Below are positions 14,786 to 28,949 of a stretch of 64,000 bases of DNA, piece after piece. Each line of letters starts with the position of its first letter. Position 1 is the stretch's first letter. Location of the stretch: assembly GCF_009914755.1 (NCBI RefSeq), contig NC_060930.1. One strand, 5' to 3'. Source of the stretch: the human T2T-CHM13v2.0 reference genome, Homo sapiens. The notes beneath the pieces were generated by a model. The model worked only from the letters and a program-made list of their open reading frames with translations. It searched no databases and was not told where the DNA came from. The position numbers and the translations under genes were made by a program.

Positions 14786-16689
14786 CACCCCAGAAAGGTG
14801 CCACACAATCCTGAGGAGCTTCCAGGCTTTCCGCCGAAGGTGGGTTTGTTCCCTTGTTGAGGGGACTCTGCGCTCAGCCCTGGGAGCATGCTGATGTCCA
14901 GCCTGGACGACGCCTTCCTGAGGGGGCCATGCAGACAACCATGCCCAGGCCGCAGCAAGTCTGCTTTGCTCTGCTTCTCATGTTTCTCTCACAATGAAAA
15001 TATACCTTGACGATGACACCATCACACTCTAAATCAGCTGGGAACTCCTCACCCCCTTGCCAGGGACGAAAAACAGCACAGATATATGACCAGCTGAGCA
15101 ATCTGGCTTTCCCCACCTCTTCTCCCAAAATTTATTTCTAAGTCAATGACTAATGGCAAAGCTTAAGAATGAGTGACCCTGTTAAGGATGGGAGAGTTAC
15201 TAAAAGAAGTTACCATTGCAGGAGGCAACGATTTCTGAGGGTGGAATAAAACAAACAAACAAAAAAAAAAGCAGAGTGAGAAAAGGAAAAGAATCCTCCA
15301 ATTGATTTAAAAAGTGTCTGACTGATGAAAAAGTGGAGAAAAATGAGAAGTATTGAATATTAGTAGAACTCCACATTAAATTCCCTGGGTTTTTGTTTTG
15401 TTTTGTTTTACTTCTTCTTCAAGTATTTCCTCGCACCCCAATCTCTTCCTGCAGAGATTTGGTAACTTCAACTTGTGCCAAAGAACATAAAACATTCTCT
15501 CTGCCCACCCTTCTTGCATCTGTACCTGTGCTCCAGCTTAGAGTTGTTATATTAAAATGTACCAGTGTGCAGGGCACAGCATCAATCTTGGGAGCTCTGG
15601 AGCCGAAGCGATCACGCTCTTTGATGGCCAAGACAAAGTTAGGTGATAGGAAAATAGGATGAGGGTATAAGACCTATATTTTTTGGCAGTGAATTTGAAA
15701 CTCAGTGCCCAGATTGTACTTTAATAGTCTCAGATTAGCAAAAAGGACTTTTCCCTCTGTCTATAGCAAGTAATTGGCCCAATTCTCCCAGGCATTTTTT
15801 TTTAATGCAGAAACCACTTGGTATTCACCCAAGGCAACACAAAAGCATCAGAACTATTTGCCTCTTGCAATTCACATGACTTTCCAGTCCACATGGTGTA
15901 AACTAGATATCAGCATATTTTAGCTCTCACAGTGGAAATTCCCCCATCTACCCAATGCCAACGGAAGCTAGTCCTCCCTTAACCCGCTGCAGCACAGAAA
16001 TGTCCCCTAGAAACCTCAGGGAGAGGAGCTCAGAAGGTCAACCTTTGACCACCAGCCCACTCGTGTGATTTTAATAAGGAAAATATGGGAGCAGGTTTTC
16101 TGTCTTGCCTTACTTTGAGATTTGCATGATGGAAAAGCAAGAAAGAAAAGAGAGAAAAAACTGAGCTGAGGAAGAAGGAAAGAGAAAGAAACAAGAAGAA
16201 AGAAGAATGGAGAAAAGAATGGTTTATGACTCAGCCATCCCTTCACCTCTTCCCATAGGCTTCCCTGTGCCTCTTCACAGCAGGCTTATGAGGTCAGAAA
16301 TCCCAGTAGGTAAACCCCGTGTCTCTGCTGGCCAGCAAGGTGGAGTGACCTCTTGCCCACTGGGGCCAGTGCCTATAGGTTCAACAATGCACTACACTGT
16401 CTGTCCCAACAATGCACTATAGGAACAGGCATCTGGCCCTTCACACTAGCCCTAGACAACCGTCAGCTTCTCCATGTTCTCCAAGCCCTGATCAACTGTC
16501 CCCAGGGCATTAGAAATATCCCAGCAGCCAAAATAAGGGCCCTCCTGAATAGGGCTGGCAGGAGGCCTGGGGCTACCCATGTGTACCCTTTGGTCATGTT
16601 CAAATTGTTGCTTGAGGTATTCCATCACCAGTGCTGCCTGACTGGACCCTCTCAAACCCTTTTCTATTTTGCAAGATGAAACAGCAATT

Positions 16690-17150
16690 TATGCTAGTTC
16701 AGCTCCTCCATCTCCAGGATGGAATTAAACACGCAAGGATTTTCAGAAAGGAAATGCCTGCATTAAGGGAAATAAGAAGGGAACCAAGGAAGGCTAGGGG
16801 GTCATCAGACCACAGTGCAAGTCTGACCTGGAGGGAAGGACAGAAGGAGGTTAGGTGGAAATGCCCTAAACTACCGTGCTGTCAAAGGGAGCTTTGGCAA
16901 AACCACTGGGGAGTCTTTGAGCCCAAGGTAGCTGACAAAGGAATCCCAGCTCTCCTAGACAGGTCATTGGCAGGGAATAGCCCGGGGAGGCATGGTCCCA
17001 GGGTAAACTCGGCAAAGGACTTAGTGCCCAATCAGTGATGCTTCCCAGAGGCCAGATGCCAAGGTCTTCAGGGCTCACTCTTGCAGTGGTCACCCCAAGT
17101 GACCAAGTCTCCACTGTGGAGGATTTCCTCTTGCACCTGGCTCCATCACT
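16690..17150 (-). mobile_element. LTR16A-like ERVL LTR
   Basis: GGAAATGCCTG...TCAGACCACAGTGCAAGTCTGACC..GAAGGACAGAAGG pattern. Confidence 0.55.
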
Positions 17151-18919
17151 TCTGAAAGGTGCTAATGATTGGGCTGTTGTGATGGGATGTGCTGAGGCTC
17201 AGTCCCCACCACATAGGTCATGCCTTCACTATAAAGATGCAGGGAAGATGCCAAGACAGTGGGCGGGGGGGGGGGTGTCTGTTGTGGAACTAAATAAGTG
17301 CTCCTTTGTTCTCTGAAGCCCAGGGTCTAGCTTCCACACACTCTTGGAACATTTCTTGGTTACAGTGATATTCTCAAAAAGAGGGCATACCTATCTACTC
17401 CATATCTGGCCTTTGCACAGTGTCAATAGCAGAAGACAAAAACTTCCCAAAGAAGAGAAATGCCCAGCATGGTCCCCATCTCCAAAGGGAAAAAAATCAA
17501 AAGATGGTTCAATTTTGGCCACCAATTGTGGTCACTTTGGAATCTATGACCCTTGTCAGAAGAATCTGCCATGTGGCCTCTAGTCAATCCAACAGCTGCA
17601 AGGACCCCACAAAGTGATCCCAAGCCAGCCTCCTCCTGTGGGGTACGTGTGAGGCTGGCTTCCATCCTCCCCACCCCACAACCAAGGGCATCACAACAAT
17701 TCTCCCAGGAAGGAAGATGCAAATTCCAATGTGTCTCTTCCCCATAAACCTGTGGCTCCCGCAGGGCTCAAACAAGAGTCAACTGAAAGAGGCCCCAGGG
17801 TGCAGAATTCCAGGAGGCATCATTCTCAGGATGGAGTGAGTGCAGAGTCAGCACTGAGCATGAGAACCATCCTTTGCAGGCCATGGGTCACCTCCCTCCA
17901 GTCCACCCAGAGGACCAAAGTCTGCCTACCCTTCAAAGGCTACCCAAGACCTGCGCTCCATCGAGCCTTCCCTGAGGACCCGTCAACTCTCATGTCATTC
18001 CTCTGAGATCCTAGGGCCCTTTGTTTACCGCAGATGGATGGCTTTTTCCCATAGTACCCTTGCATTGTCCGTGTTTGTGTGAACACCCATTATCCCTCCC
18101 AGTAGACTGCAAACAGCTTCCGGACAGGGGCCATCTTCCCACCTTCACACCCCTTTCCCATCTGCAGCACCGGCAGTACAGTAACTGAGGGGCTCTGTGT
18201 GTGGCTTCTTTGCATCTCTGGCAAGCTGCCAACAGTGTCCCCACGGCCACAGATGCTGAATCCCTCTGTACTAATGGCTTGAATTACAAAGAGAAAGATG
18301 CTATGGACACACCATGATAAAAGAGTGTTGCAGAGTAGAAGTTATGCATATGGTTTCCTCCCATGCCATCAGGACCAAAGGAATCGCATCTGGCAGTGTT
18401 GTCCCCCTCCGTGTCTCCCTCTGGGAAACCATTAGGAGTGTCCGTGGCTATCAAAGGCTTTTCATTGTAAAATACTGTACTTAGGGAGCACTGTCACTTG
18501 ATTCTCAGCTGTGGCAATTGTTCTGCACAAATTCGGTGGGATAAGGTAGTGTTAAGGTTATTTTTCCCTTGTCTTGAAGGCCATGTAATGTTAGGCAGGG
18601 CTGATAAAGATGTCAGAATCAAGAACAAAAAATTCCAGTACATTGGAAGCACTTATGAAGTTTCATGGGAATGACTCTGCATATCCACCAGCACTTCAGA
18701 AAAAGCTCGGAAAAGAGCTCTCACAAATTGTGTTGTTTCTGCCCATTATAAAAAGAGGAGCAAAATCTGTCATTCATTGACACATAGGGAGTTGGCTAGT
18801 TTTCAGCCTCTGTAGTCACCTCTCTGAAAGTGACGGATGCGGAGGGGGAGGTGGGGGGGGGGGGGTTGGAGGAGGAGCCTGAGGCTCCTCTGCTTCCCCT
18901 CTGCATCTCCTTGGAGTTC

Positions 18920-19122
18920 GCATTTGTCCCAAACCATGGGTCTAAAGATTCCTCAGGCATGAGAATCCCACCGGCACTTGTAACAAATGCTGCTTCCATG
19001 GTCCCATCTCCGGAGATGCTCTTTCAGTAAGTCTGGGGAGGGATCATGGAATCTGCATTTTTAGCCAGCTTCCCAGGGGATTCTGATGGAGGTGGCACAG
19101 GGCCTCACTTTGAGAAGCGCTG
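18920..19122. mobile_element. MER5-family DNA transposon
   Basis: TCAGTAAGTCTGGGG..GGAATCTGCATTTTTA..CCCAGGGGATTCTGATG..CACTTTGAGAAGCGCTG. Confidence 0.75.
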
Positions 19123-19334
19123 CTGTGCCGACCGAAGGTTGAGGGAGCTGCTCGGAGAGAGCCAGAGCATCTGGGCAGGGCAGGAGGCGGCAAGTGAGGC
19201 TGAGCTGCTGTCACCTAAAAGGCAGTGGGTACCACCAGGCAGCTTGAAGCAGTTACGTGGGGACACCTTTGCAGCCTCTCAGTCGGCAGCCCCAGGAAAA
19301 CCCCTCCACCAACACTCACAGCTGGTCACTCTGT

Positions 19335-19550
19335 ATTACGTAGAACACAGGTTCTGGGTTTGAATCTTGACTCCAGCTACTCATCAGCCACCCTGAGGTT
19401 ACTCAGTCTCTCTGGGCCTTGTTTCAAAGACGGGGTGAAAGACATACCTTATGTTACAGAGTTGCCACAAGGGTAAAATGAGATGATCTGTATAAAATGC
19501 TTAGTGCAGGGTCTGAGTACACAGTAAAGGCTCAATTCATGGTAGCTGTT
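19335..19550 (+). mobile_element. MIR
   Basis: CTGGGTTTGAATCTTGACTC...AAAATGAGATGATCTGTATAAAATGCTTAG. Confidence 0.7.
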
Positions 19551-19569
19551 CATCTTTTCTGATGTTACT

Positions 19570-20416
19570 GTTATCTATTCCAGTTATCTGTTGCTACATA
19601 GCAAACTATCCCAAAACTAAGTGCCTTAAAACAACAATGGTGGTGTGGCGCAGTGGCTCACAACTTAGTCCCAGCATTTTGGGAGACTGAGGCAGGAGGA
19701 CCCTTGAGGTTGAGAGTTTGAGACCAGCCTGGGCAACATAGCAAGACCTCACCTCTACAAGAAATTTAAAAATTATGTGGGCATGGTGACGCATGGCTAT
19801 AGTCCCAGCTACTAAGGAGACTGAGGCGAGAGGATCACTTAAGCCTAGGAGTTAGAGGCTACAGTGAACTATAATCATACCACTGCACTCCAGCCAGGGG
19901 GGCAGAGCAAGGCCCTGTCTCTAAAAATATTCAAAAATAAAAAACAACAATGGCATTTATATTGCTCCCAAATCTGAAATCTGGACAGATCTCAGCAAGA
20001 ACAGCTCATCCCAACCCCACTGGATATCCGCTGGAGCAGGTGGAAGACTGGGGCTGAAAATACCTGCAAACAGGCTCACTCACCTGGAAGGTGGGGGCGC
20101 TGGCCCCAGCAGGGCCTTATCCAGGGCCTTACCTGGAACACCCATACGGGCCTGTCCATGGCAGCTGGAAGCCAGAGCAAGGGGGAGATAGACAGACATG
20201 CAGAGACACATGGGAAGTAAGCGGGACACAGACAGCCAGGTGGAAACCATGTCGCCTTGTGTGGCCTAGCTTTCAGAAGTCATGCACCATCACTCTGCCA
20301 CACGCTGTTATGCAAAGGGAGGCACTAGCACTGGCCCATATTCAAAGGGATGAGATTAGAATTCACCTGTTAAGGGAGAAGTGCCAAAGAGTCTGTGGAA
20401 ATGCTTTAGAACCACA
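19570..20416 (-). mobile_element. MLT1 (G/H-like) LTR interrupted by an AluJ
   Basis: AGTTATCTGTTGCTACATAGCAAACTATCCCAAAACT start; CAGAAGTCATGCACCATCACTCTGCCAC and TTCAAAGGGA downstream. Confidence 0.7.
19641..19940 (+). mobile_element. AluJ
   Basis: Diverged dimer; TSD AAAACAACAATGG (19628-19640 and 19941-19953). Confidence 0.9.
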
Positions 20417-21033
20417 TTACCCAACACCCCCAACATGAGCCAGTTCCTCTGATCTTGCTTCCTGGCTTCATGGGGTAATGACAACCCAAATCCTTGACTC
20501 CACACAATCGGCTCTATGAAGCTTAATTCAGCCTTCACAGCCTGGTCCGGCAGGCTAGTCCAGGTAGCCCGTAGGTTACCTCCCATGCATGTCATAAGAA
20601 AATACACACAGCACAACGTTTGTGCAGAAAACGACCTCAACTGAGTGGGCACGTGGGAAGGGGGAAGACAGGAATGGAGGAGGCACTGGTTCACTGTACT
20701 CACTGGGACTGGTGAGGCAGAGTACAAGGCAGTGAGGACAACAGCCATGTCACGCCCTGCGAGGCAGGTTGGACCAGCAGCTGGGGTGGAGAGACCCTGT
20801 CTGCAGGCTCCAGGCACTTCCATCTAGAACCCAAGGAAACAAGTTGTTTGGAATCCTCATTCTTGCCAGAGAAAAACAAAGTAAATCTGCTATCAACCAA
20901 ACCCGACCAACAAGAATCACTAGTTCACTGGTGTTTCCCAGCATCTACATTTTACCTTAGAAAGAGTTCAATCACAGCCAAGGAAGCTAATGTTCGTATT
21001 TTATTCTTTCTGGCTTTAAAAATACAACCCCAA

Positions 21034-21263
21034 TTTTTTTGTTGTTTGTTTTTCTTAAAAAGAGGTGGGGTCTCGCTCTGTCACCCAGGCTGGAGTGCCA
21101 TGGCGCAATCATAGCTTTACTGCCTCACTGCTGCAGCCTTAACCTCTTAGGCTCAAGTGATCCTCTCACCTCAGCCTCCCAAGAAACTGGGCACATGCCA
21201 CCATGCCCAGCTAATTTTTTTTTAATTTTTTGTAGAGACAGGGTCTCACATGTTGCCCAGGCT
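21034..21263 (-). mobile_element. AluJ, partial
   Basis: GGGTCTCGCTCTGTCACCCAGGCTGGAGTG...TGTAGAGACAGGGTCTC. Confidence 0.85.
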
Positions 21264-21461
21264 AGCCCAATTTCTAATATATCTCCTAGGGCCCATACAA
21301 ATTGCTAATGAGTTGGTAGATTAATCAAATATGTATTTGTAATTGGGGCATCTTTTGGCCTAATTCTGGAAGCCAATAATGGGGTCCTGTCCCCAAAACG
21401 CACAGTGCAAGCCTTCACATGGCCAGTCCTTCCCTCCAAGGCCTCAAGGCTCTGACACCAG

Positions 21462-21841
21462 TGATATGGTTTGGGCTCTGTGTGGAACTAATCTCATCTT
21501 GGATTGTAATCCGAATTGTGATCCCTGCTTGTTGAGGGAGGGACCTGGAGGGAGGTGATAGTATCATGGGGGCGGTTTCTCTCATGCTGTTCTCGTGATA
21601 GTGAGTGAGTTCTCACGAGATCTGATGGTTTAAAAGTGTTTGGCACTTCCTCTCTTGCTCTCTCTCTCTCCTGCCACCCTGTGAAGAAGGTGCTTGCTTC
21701 TCCTTTGCCTTCTGCCATAATTGTAACTTTCCTGGGGCCTCCCAAGCCATGTGGAACCGTGAATAAATTAAGCTTCTTTCCTTTATAAATTACCCAGTCT
21801 CAGGTAGTATCTTTATAGTAGTGTGAAACTGGATTAATACA
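21462..21841 (+). mobile_element. THE1D/MSTA-type MaLR solo LTR
   Basis: TGATATGGTTTGG...TAATACA termini; perfect 5-bp TSD ACCAG. Confidence 0.92.
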
Positions 21842-22255
21842 ACCAGGTACTCTTCAGTGCCAAAACATGCTGTGAGTTAGGCCTGGAGAGTCCAGCTGGG
21901 CTCACCTATCTCAAGGCACTGTCTACTCTTCACCTTAGCAGACAGAGCCAAAGCTTCATCACCAGCAGGTGACAGACACAGCATGGAGGCATGTGCAGCA
22001 GCAGGGAATGTGTGGGGCTCCCAGGTGTGGCCCCAGGAGGCCCCACCCTGGTCGAGGGTAACACATGGCCCACTCAGGCAGATGTTGTTTCTGCAAGTCT
22101 GGGAGGGAGCTGATGTGAAAACAGGCCTCTGCTTCCCCTACGTGGGGCCTGAAACTGAGGGGGGTGGTTCTTGGGTTTACTGGGGAAAGGGGGCCTGCTG
22201 CTTCATGCTGGTTTCAGACCTTGGCAGGCCTGGAGGTGGACCTCTCCTGTGAATA

Positions 22256-22467
22256 CAGTGCCCCTCAATTAGGAGTGATTTTGCTCCCCAAAAGATATTT
22301 GGCAATGGCTGGAGACATTTTTGGTTGCCACAGCTGGGCAGGGGTTGTTCCTGGTATCTAGCAGGTGGCGGCCAGCGATGCTAATGAGCATGCTGCAATG
22401 CACAGGACAGTCCCGCCGCAAAAAGGGTCTGGCCTCAAAGGTCGATAGTGCCAAGGTTGAGAACCCT
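22256..22467 (+). mobile_element. MER20 (hAT-Charlie)
   Basis: GATTTTGCTCCCC..ATTTGGCAATGGCTGGAGACATTTTTGGTTG...AGTGCCAAGGTTGAGAACCCT. Confidence 0.88.
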
Positions 22468-23035
22468 ATAATCTCCCCTCTCAAGTACCCAGCAGCCCCC
22501 AGAGACGAGAGGAAGCCAGGCCTATCTCCCAGAGCTGGAAACCAATTGTCCTTTTCCTGCCTGGAGACCCCCACTCCAGAGACAAAAAGGCACTCAAAGC
22601 CCCTAGCATAATGTGCCTTGCCTAGGCCATTCTTGTAAGGGAGACTCCATTAGCAATTCTTCCCAGGCCAAGGAAAACCTGTGATCTTCTATCCTGCCTA
22701 TACCTTCAAGCCATTGCCAACTTCTTTCTTGTACAAGAAAAACCAGTCTCGAAGGGTAATTCTGATTAGGGCACTCCTCAGGTAAAGCAGTCACGATGCT
22801 CTCGTTGAGCGCCAGCTGCATGCTAAGCACTTAGTGTTGGCACCTCCTAGACACATACCTCCCTGAGCATCTACGGCTCTCATCCGCAGTACAGACCAAG
22901 GTCTATGCCATGGCCTCCCAAACCTGGGTAGTTCCACGAACTGTCCAACAAAGTTTCAGTTAGGGTAAGTAGCATCTATTTATGATGATCAAAAAGAGGG
23001 CTATCTTTTTAGAAAGGTTTGCACCAAAGAGTTGA

Positions 23036-23422
<387 letters not shown>

Positions 23423-23853
23423 ATCTTTAAGCCCTTAATTATGAGCGCTGTGCGGAAGAGTACACAACCTTTAGGATCTTGGCTGACACTTCCTCCATGT
23501 AAACCCCTTAATACCCACTGCAGCACTAAGTTCTATAAGGCAACTAAAACAGGCAGTTTATAAACCCAACACCAGGCAGAACCCATAAATAATAATGATG
23601 GTTTATAAAAGCCATTTCATTGAGGACTTTTTAAGCTTATTAAGCAGAGACTAGTATGAAGAATCCCCCTGCCTCCATCATTCAGTTTCAACAACCATCA
23701 ACTTTCTGCCTTACTTATTGACCCCCCTCCACAGAGATACACACACAATTTCTTCTGGAGCTTAAAGGAGATCTCAGCCATCACATCATTTCAGCTGTAA
23801 GTACTTTAATATGTATCTCTAACAGATGGGGCTTTTTAAAAATAGCCATAACA

Positions 23854-24215
<362 letters not shown>

Positions 24216-25695
24216 TTACATTGTCCTCGGCTCTCTCAAAAAATGTCTTTTTCCAGTTGGCAGCTGATACTCAAAGGAGTGCTGACCTCACAGAGAATCA
24301 CAGTACAGAAACAAAGGTTTGTTGTCTTTGGCCTTCTCAGGGGCAATGGCCCTTCCTGCCTACCTCCACCCTACCTGCCATTCTCTAGGCAGAACCAGGG
24401 GTTGGGGGGACATAGTCAGAGCATTGATGGAGCAGGTGTCTTAAGCGTGGTCCTGATATCAACTTCTCCTCCAGATCAGCTCCTCATCAGAAAAGCCACC
24501 CTTTCTCAGGCCACTTTCCAGGTAGGCCCAAGAGATCAGGAAACATACCTGGCCGGAAGAGCCAGCAAGGCTCACTGCAGACCCTTGGCAACCCTATGGG
24601 GGCCACGAGGTTCAAGGATTTTGTGACATACTTAGAATGCAGTCCCTGAAGAGCTTGGGCTCTCAAGGGTGAGGGGGAAAGACACACCTAGTAATTTATA
24701 GGTTCAAATGAATACTCCCCTGTTCTGAAAAGCTTAGCAGGCTCTGCATGAGCAAATTAATTCATGCATCTGTCATGGAGAAGTTAGGGGCAGCCACCCA
24801 AGATTCTGGGACTTTAGGTAACAAGCCAGGGCAACATGGAACAAGCCTGTCAGACTTCCCTCCTAGAGCTCTGCATGCTACAGACTAGGATCAGTGCTCA
24901 AGCTACAGGTTCTAATAGAAATAGCACTATGTGTTAATTATAAGTTTAAAAAAGGAGAGAAGAAATAACTTTGTTTAAACCTGATCTTCTCTGCTGATAA
25001 AAATGTTTTTAACACCTTTAGTAACCCTAGTTTCCAGCAGGTATAAAAAGTTAACTCATCTGCTTATAGATATTTTAGGGGTTCCTCCCCATCTTATAAA
25101 ATAAGTTCTTGAGTCCAGGGGAATGGATTCTGAAGGCAGTATTGTGGGAGATTAAAATCAAAAGCTCAAAACTTACACTCTTCAGAGCTGTTTGACCTTG
25201 GGCAAACTAATTAGTTTCTTTGCTGTTGTTTTCCCACCTACGAACTGAGGATGAGACTATCTCCATTGCAGAGTTGTTACAAAGGTGTAACAAGATAACA
25301 TATTCTCATTCAACACACATTTATTGAGTGCAGGCACCGTCCTAGGTGTCAAAGATAGAGGCCGTGAGCAAGTCAGACAAGGCTTTGGCTCTCTCAGAGC
25401 TTTTGTTCTGATCAGGAAGACACACATGAAGAGGAACAGAAATATCCAGTAGGAATAAATTCTATTCTGAGAATTTTTTAAAACACTGTGCAATGCAGAG
25501 GATGTAAGTGACTCTAGGGAGGCCTTTTCAAGGATGTGGTAACCAGCCGGAATGATAAGGAGCCAGCCACACAAAGGTCTGGGGAAATGCACTTTAGGCA
25601 GAGGGAACAGCAAACACCAAGCATCAAGGATGGATGGAAGTTTGTTGTGTTTGAGTGGCAGAAAATGTAGAAACGTACAAAATGCCATCTGTGAG

Positions 25696-26086
25696 TGATA
25701 TGGTTTGGATCTGTGTTCCCCGCCCAAATCTCATGTTAAATTGTAATCCCCAGTGTTGGAGGAGGGGCCTGATGGGAGGTGATTAGATCATGGGGATGGA
25801 TCTCTCCCTTGGTGCTGCTGTTCTCATGATAGTGAGATGTGGTTGTTTACGAGCGTGGGGTCCCTCCCTCTCTCCCCCACGCATGCTCCTGTTCCTGCCA
25901 TGTGAGATGCCTTGCTCCTCCTTCACTTTCTGCCATGAATGTAAGTCCCCTGAGGGCTCCCCAGAAGCTGATGCCACCGTGCTTCCTGTACAGCCTGCGG
26001 AACCCTGAGTCAATTCAACCTCTTTTCTTTATAAATTACTCAGTCTCAGGTATTTCTTTATGGAAGTATGACAAAGGACTAATACA
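25696..26086 (+). mobile_element. MSTA/MSTB MaLR solo LTR
   Basis: TGATATGGTTTGGATCTGTG...GGACTAATACA; TSD GTGAG. Confidence 0.92.
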
Positions 26087-26806
26087 GTGAGGTAGGCAGT
26101 GTCTAAGCATGAGTTTCATGGGGCTTCAGAAGGGGTTTGGATTCACTCTAGTGGTAATCTGAGGCCTTTAGATTAACATTTCAGAATCACTGGCCACTCT
26201 ACTTTTCAGAGAAATGATTGGAGGGGATAAAAGGAAAAGCAGTAGGACCAGTTAGGAGACTTTCGGAGTAGCCCCACTAAGAGAGGACAACGGTATAGAG
26301 TAGGACTCGAGTGGTACAAATGGGGAGAAGGGTCAGGTTTGGAATACATTTTCAAAACAAATCTCCCAGGACTTGCTCCATACATTTTGTAAGGAGCAAA
26401 AGGAAGAAAAGCATGAAGAATGATTGTTTGAGGCCCAGAGAGTGGGTAGATGATGGTGCCATTTACTGAGACAGAAAAGACAGGAGAAGCAGCCATGAGG
26501 AGACAGAGAAACAAGAGTTCTGTGTTGGCCACACAAGCCTGAGATGCCTGATACACCTCTAAGTGATGTCAAGCAGGCAGATGGATTTAGGACTCTGGAG
26601 ATCCAGGGGGAAATTAGGCTATCAGAAGTCTTCAATAGAAAGATGGTCATGAAAGCTGAGAGTGCAGGTAGGATCACACAGGGAGAAAATGGGGAAAAGA
26701 GAAGGGGATCTAGAGTTGGGTTTTGGAATATTCCAACATTGAGAGGACAGACATTGAGGGGGGATACTGACCAGGAGCAGCTGGTGAGGTAGCAGGACAA
26801 CCAGAA

Positions 26807-26941
26807 GCATGGGATGCCATGAAATGGCATGGAATGGGATGGAATGGCATGGAATGGGATGGGATGGCATGGAATGGGATGGGATGGCATGGAATGGGAT
26901 GGGATGAGATGAAATAGAATGGAATGGAATGGAATGAAATG
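26807..26941. repeat. (GGAAT/GGGAT/GGCAT)n pentamer tandem repeat
   Basis: About 27 pentamers, with a 20-bp higher-order unit repeated four times at 26826-26905. Confidence 0.95.
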
Positions 26942-28422
26942 AAAGCTCCAAAAAAATGCTTCCAAAAGGAAGGAGTGGTCAGTCATGCCAAATGTCACTG
27001 CAAGACTCAATAAAGAGGCTAGCAGATGGACCATGGGACTTGGCAGGGTGGAGGTCTTCATTGTGAAGACAGTTTCAGCTGAAAGCCTGACTGAAGAAGA
27101 CTCAGGAGAGAAGGAAATGTGGAAAAGCAAACAGACAGCAAGACACCCTCTCTCTGGGAGGGAGAGCAGAGAAATCAAGTGGTATCTAGATAGGCACAGA
27201 GATCAAAGAAGAGCCAACGGCATGTCAGCATGCCCTCCGGAGGAATGGAGCAGAGAGGAAGAAACTGATGATGCTGGACAAAAGGCAATTTTTGTAAAAG
27301 CTATCATTGCGTTAATAATTTGTGTATAGGTGCGTGTATTTATAATTTTTTCTTTCACTTAGGGATTCTTCAGCTTAGAGAGTCTTTATTTCTGTTGTAC
27401 TAATATACAGTTACACTTTTTAATAGAAAGAATATCTAATCCTCCATTTGTGAGAAAGTGCCCCAAAGGATGGGCTTAAATGGGTATATGAGATCCTCAG
27501 CTGTGCAAATTCTCACAGTCTTAAAATTATTCATTTCTAGTGTTCTCTGTGTATACCAGGTAACACATGGTCACTCCTGCTTATAACCTCAGCTTCTGGC
27601 AAGCTGAATTCCTCACAATTCCCCAAAGGCCACATGGTTTCAGGCAGCTGTACCTTGCACCCTCACACAGGCACCTCACAGCAGCAGGGGTGCCTGACTG
27701 CTCTGGCTCTCTGATGCGTCTTACCTAAGGAACACCCTCTGGTCACTCTTGGAATCCTCCCTAACCTCTGTAGATTGCTTCTTGCTGTTTTCTTTTCCTA
27801 AAGGTACTGTGGAACCCCAGAGAGCGTTATGAACCAAGGATTACAACTAAACCAATTCTGTGAAACTGAGGTCTGTTAAAAACAAAACAATCATGCTAAA
27901 AAAAAAAAGTGTATGCTTGCCAAAAATATAAGCAATACAGAAAGGAATAAAGCAGAGATCAAAATTCAACTGAGACCACACCCCCAGAAACAACCATCAT
28001 TAACATTTTGCACAATGTCCTCCAGAACGCTCTATAATCCTGCATGAAAGAGACCCATCCTAGGACAGAAGAATCACTCCTAGACTAACGTGTCATTGGC
28101 TTCCTACAGTGACTACTGCAGGGGGCTTGCCTTGTTTTTTGTATCCCCAGTGTTTAGCACAAACACAGACACTGCAGAGGACCCAAACATGTTGGTCAAA
28201 TTAACAAATAAGAGCATATGTGGCTGCAGAGCTTAGCAACAGCAAGAATAATGCAGTTCCCTAACATCACTTACAGAGCAAGAAGCAGAGACCCAGAAAG
28301 AAAGATGCACTCACCTAGCATTAAGGGAGAGGGTGAAGCACTGGAAGGCTTATGGTCTTTGCTCCAAAACAGATCCAAATAAAGTTGCATTTCAAATCAA
28401 TGTAGAAAATATATTTTTAATA

Positions 28423-28576
28423 AATGCCTATGATTCTAGCACTTTGGGAGGCCAAGGTGGGAGGATCATTTTAGCCCATCAACCCGTCACCTACATTAGG
28501 TATTTCTCCTAATGCTATCCCTCCCCTAGCCCCCCACCCCCCAACAGGCCCCGGTGTGTGATGTTCCCCTCCCTGT
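28423..28576. mobile_element. Alu 5' fragment (+) fused to an L1PA 3'UTR fragment (-)
   Basis: GCACTTTGGGAGGCCAAGG...AGCCCA continues as CCCATCAACCCGTCACCTACATTAGGTATTTCTCCTAATGC. Confidence 0.8.
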
Positions 28577-28583
28577 AATGTGA

Positions 28584-28949
<366 letters not shown>

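Larger units (their letters stand above)
25300..27280 (-). mobile_element. Long LINE2 (3' end into RT region), interrupted by an MST LTR and a pentamer repeat
   Basis: CATTCAACACACATTTATTGAGTGC 3' end; minus-strand translation DHSFLLE, WLSCYLT, NVGIFQNPTLDPLLFS resembles L2 RT motifs. Confidence 0.85.

Noticed and set aside
18841-18876. G-rich run (G13) as a G-quadruplex element; similar run at ~17265
   Set aside because: Simple homopolymer with no supporting context
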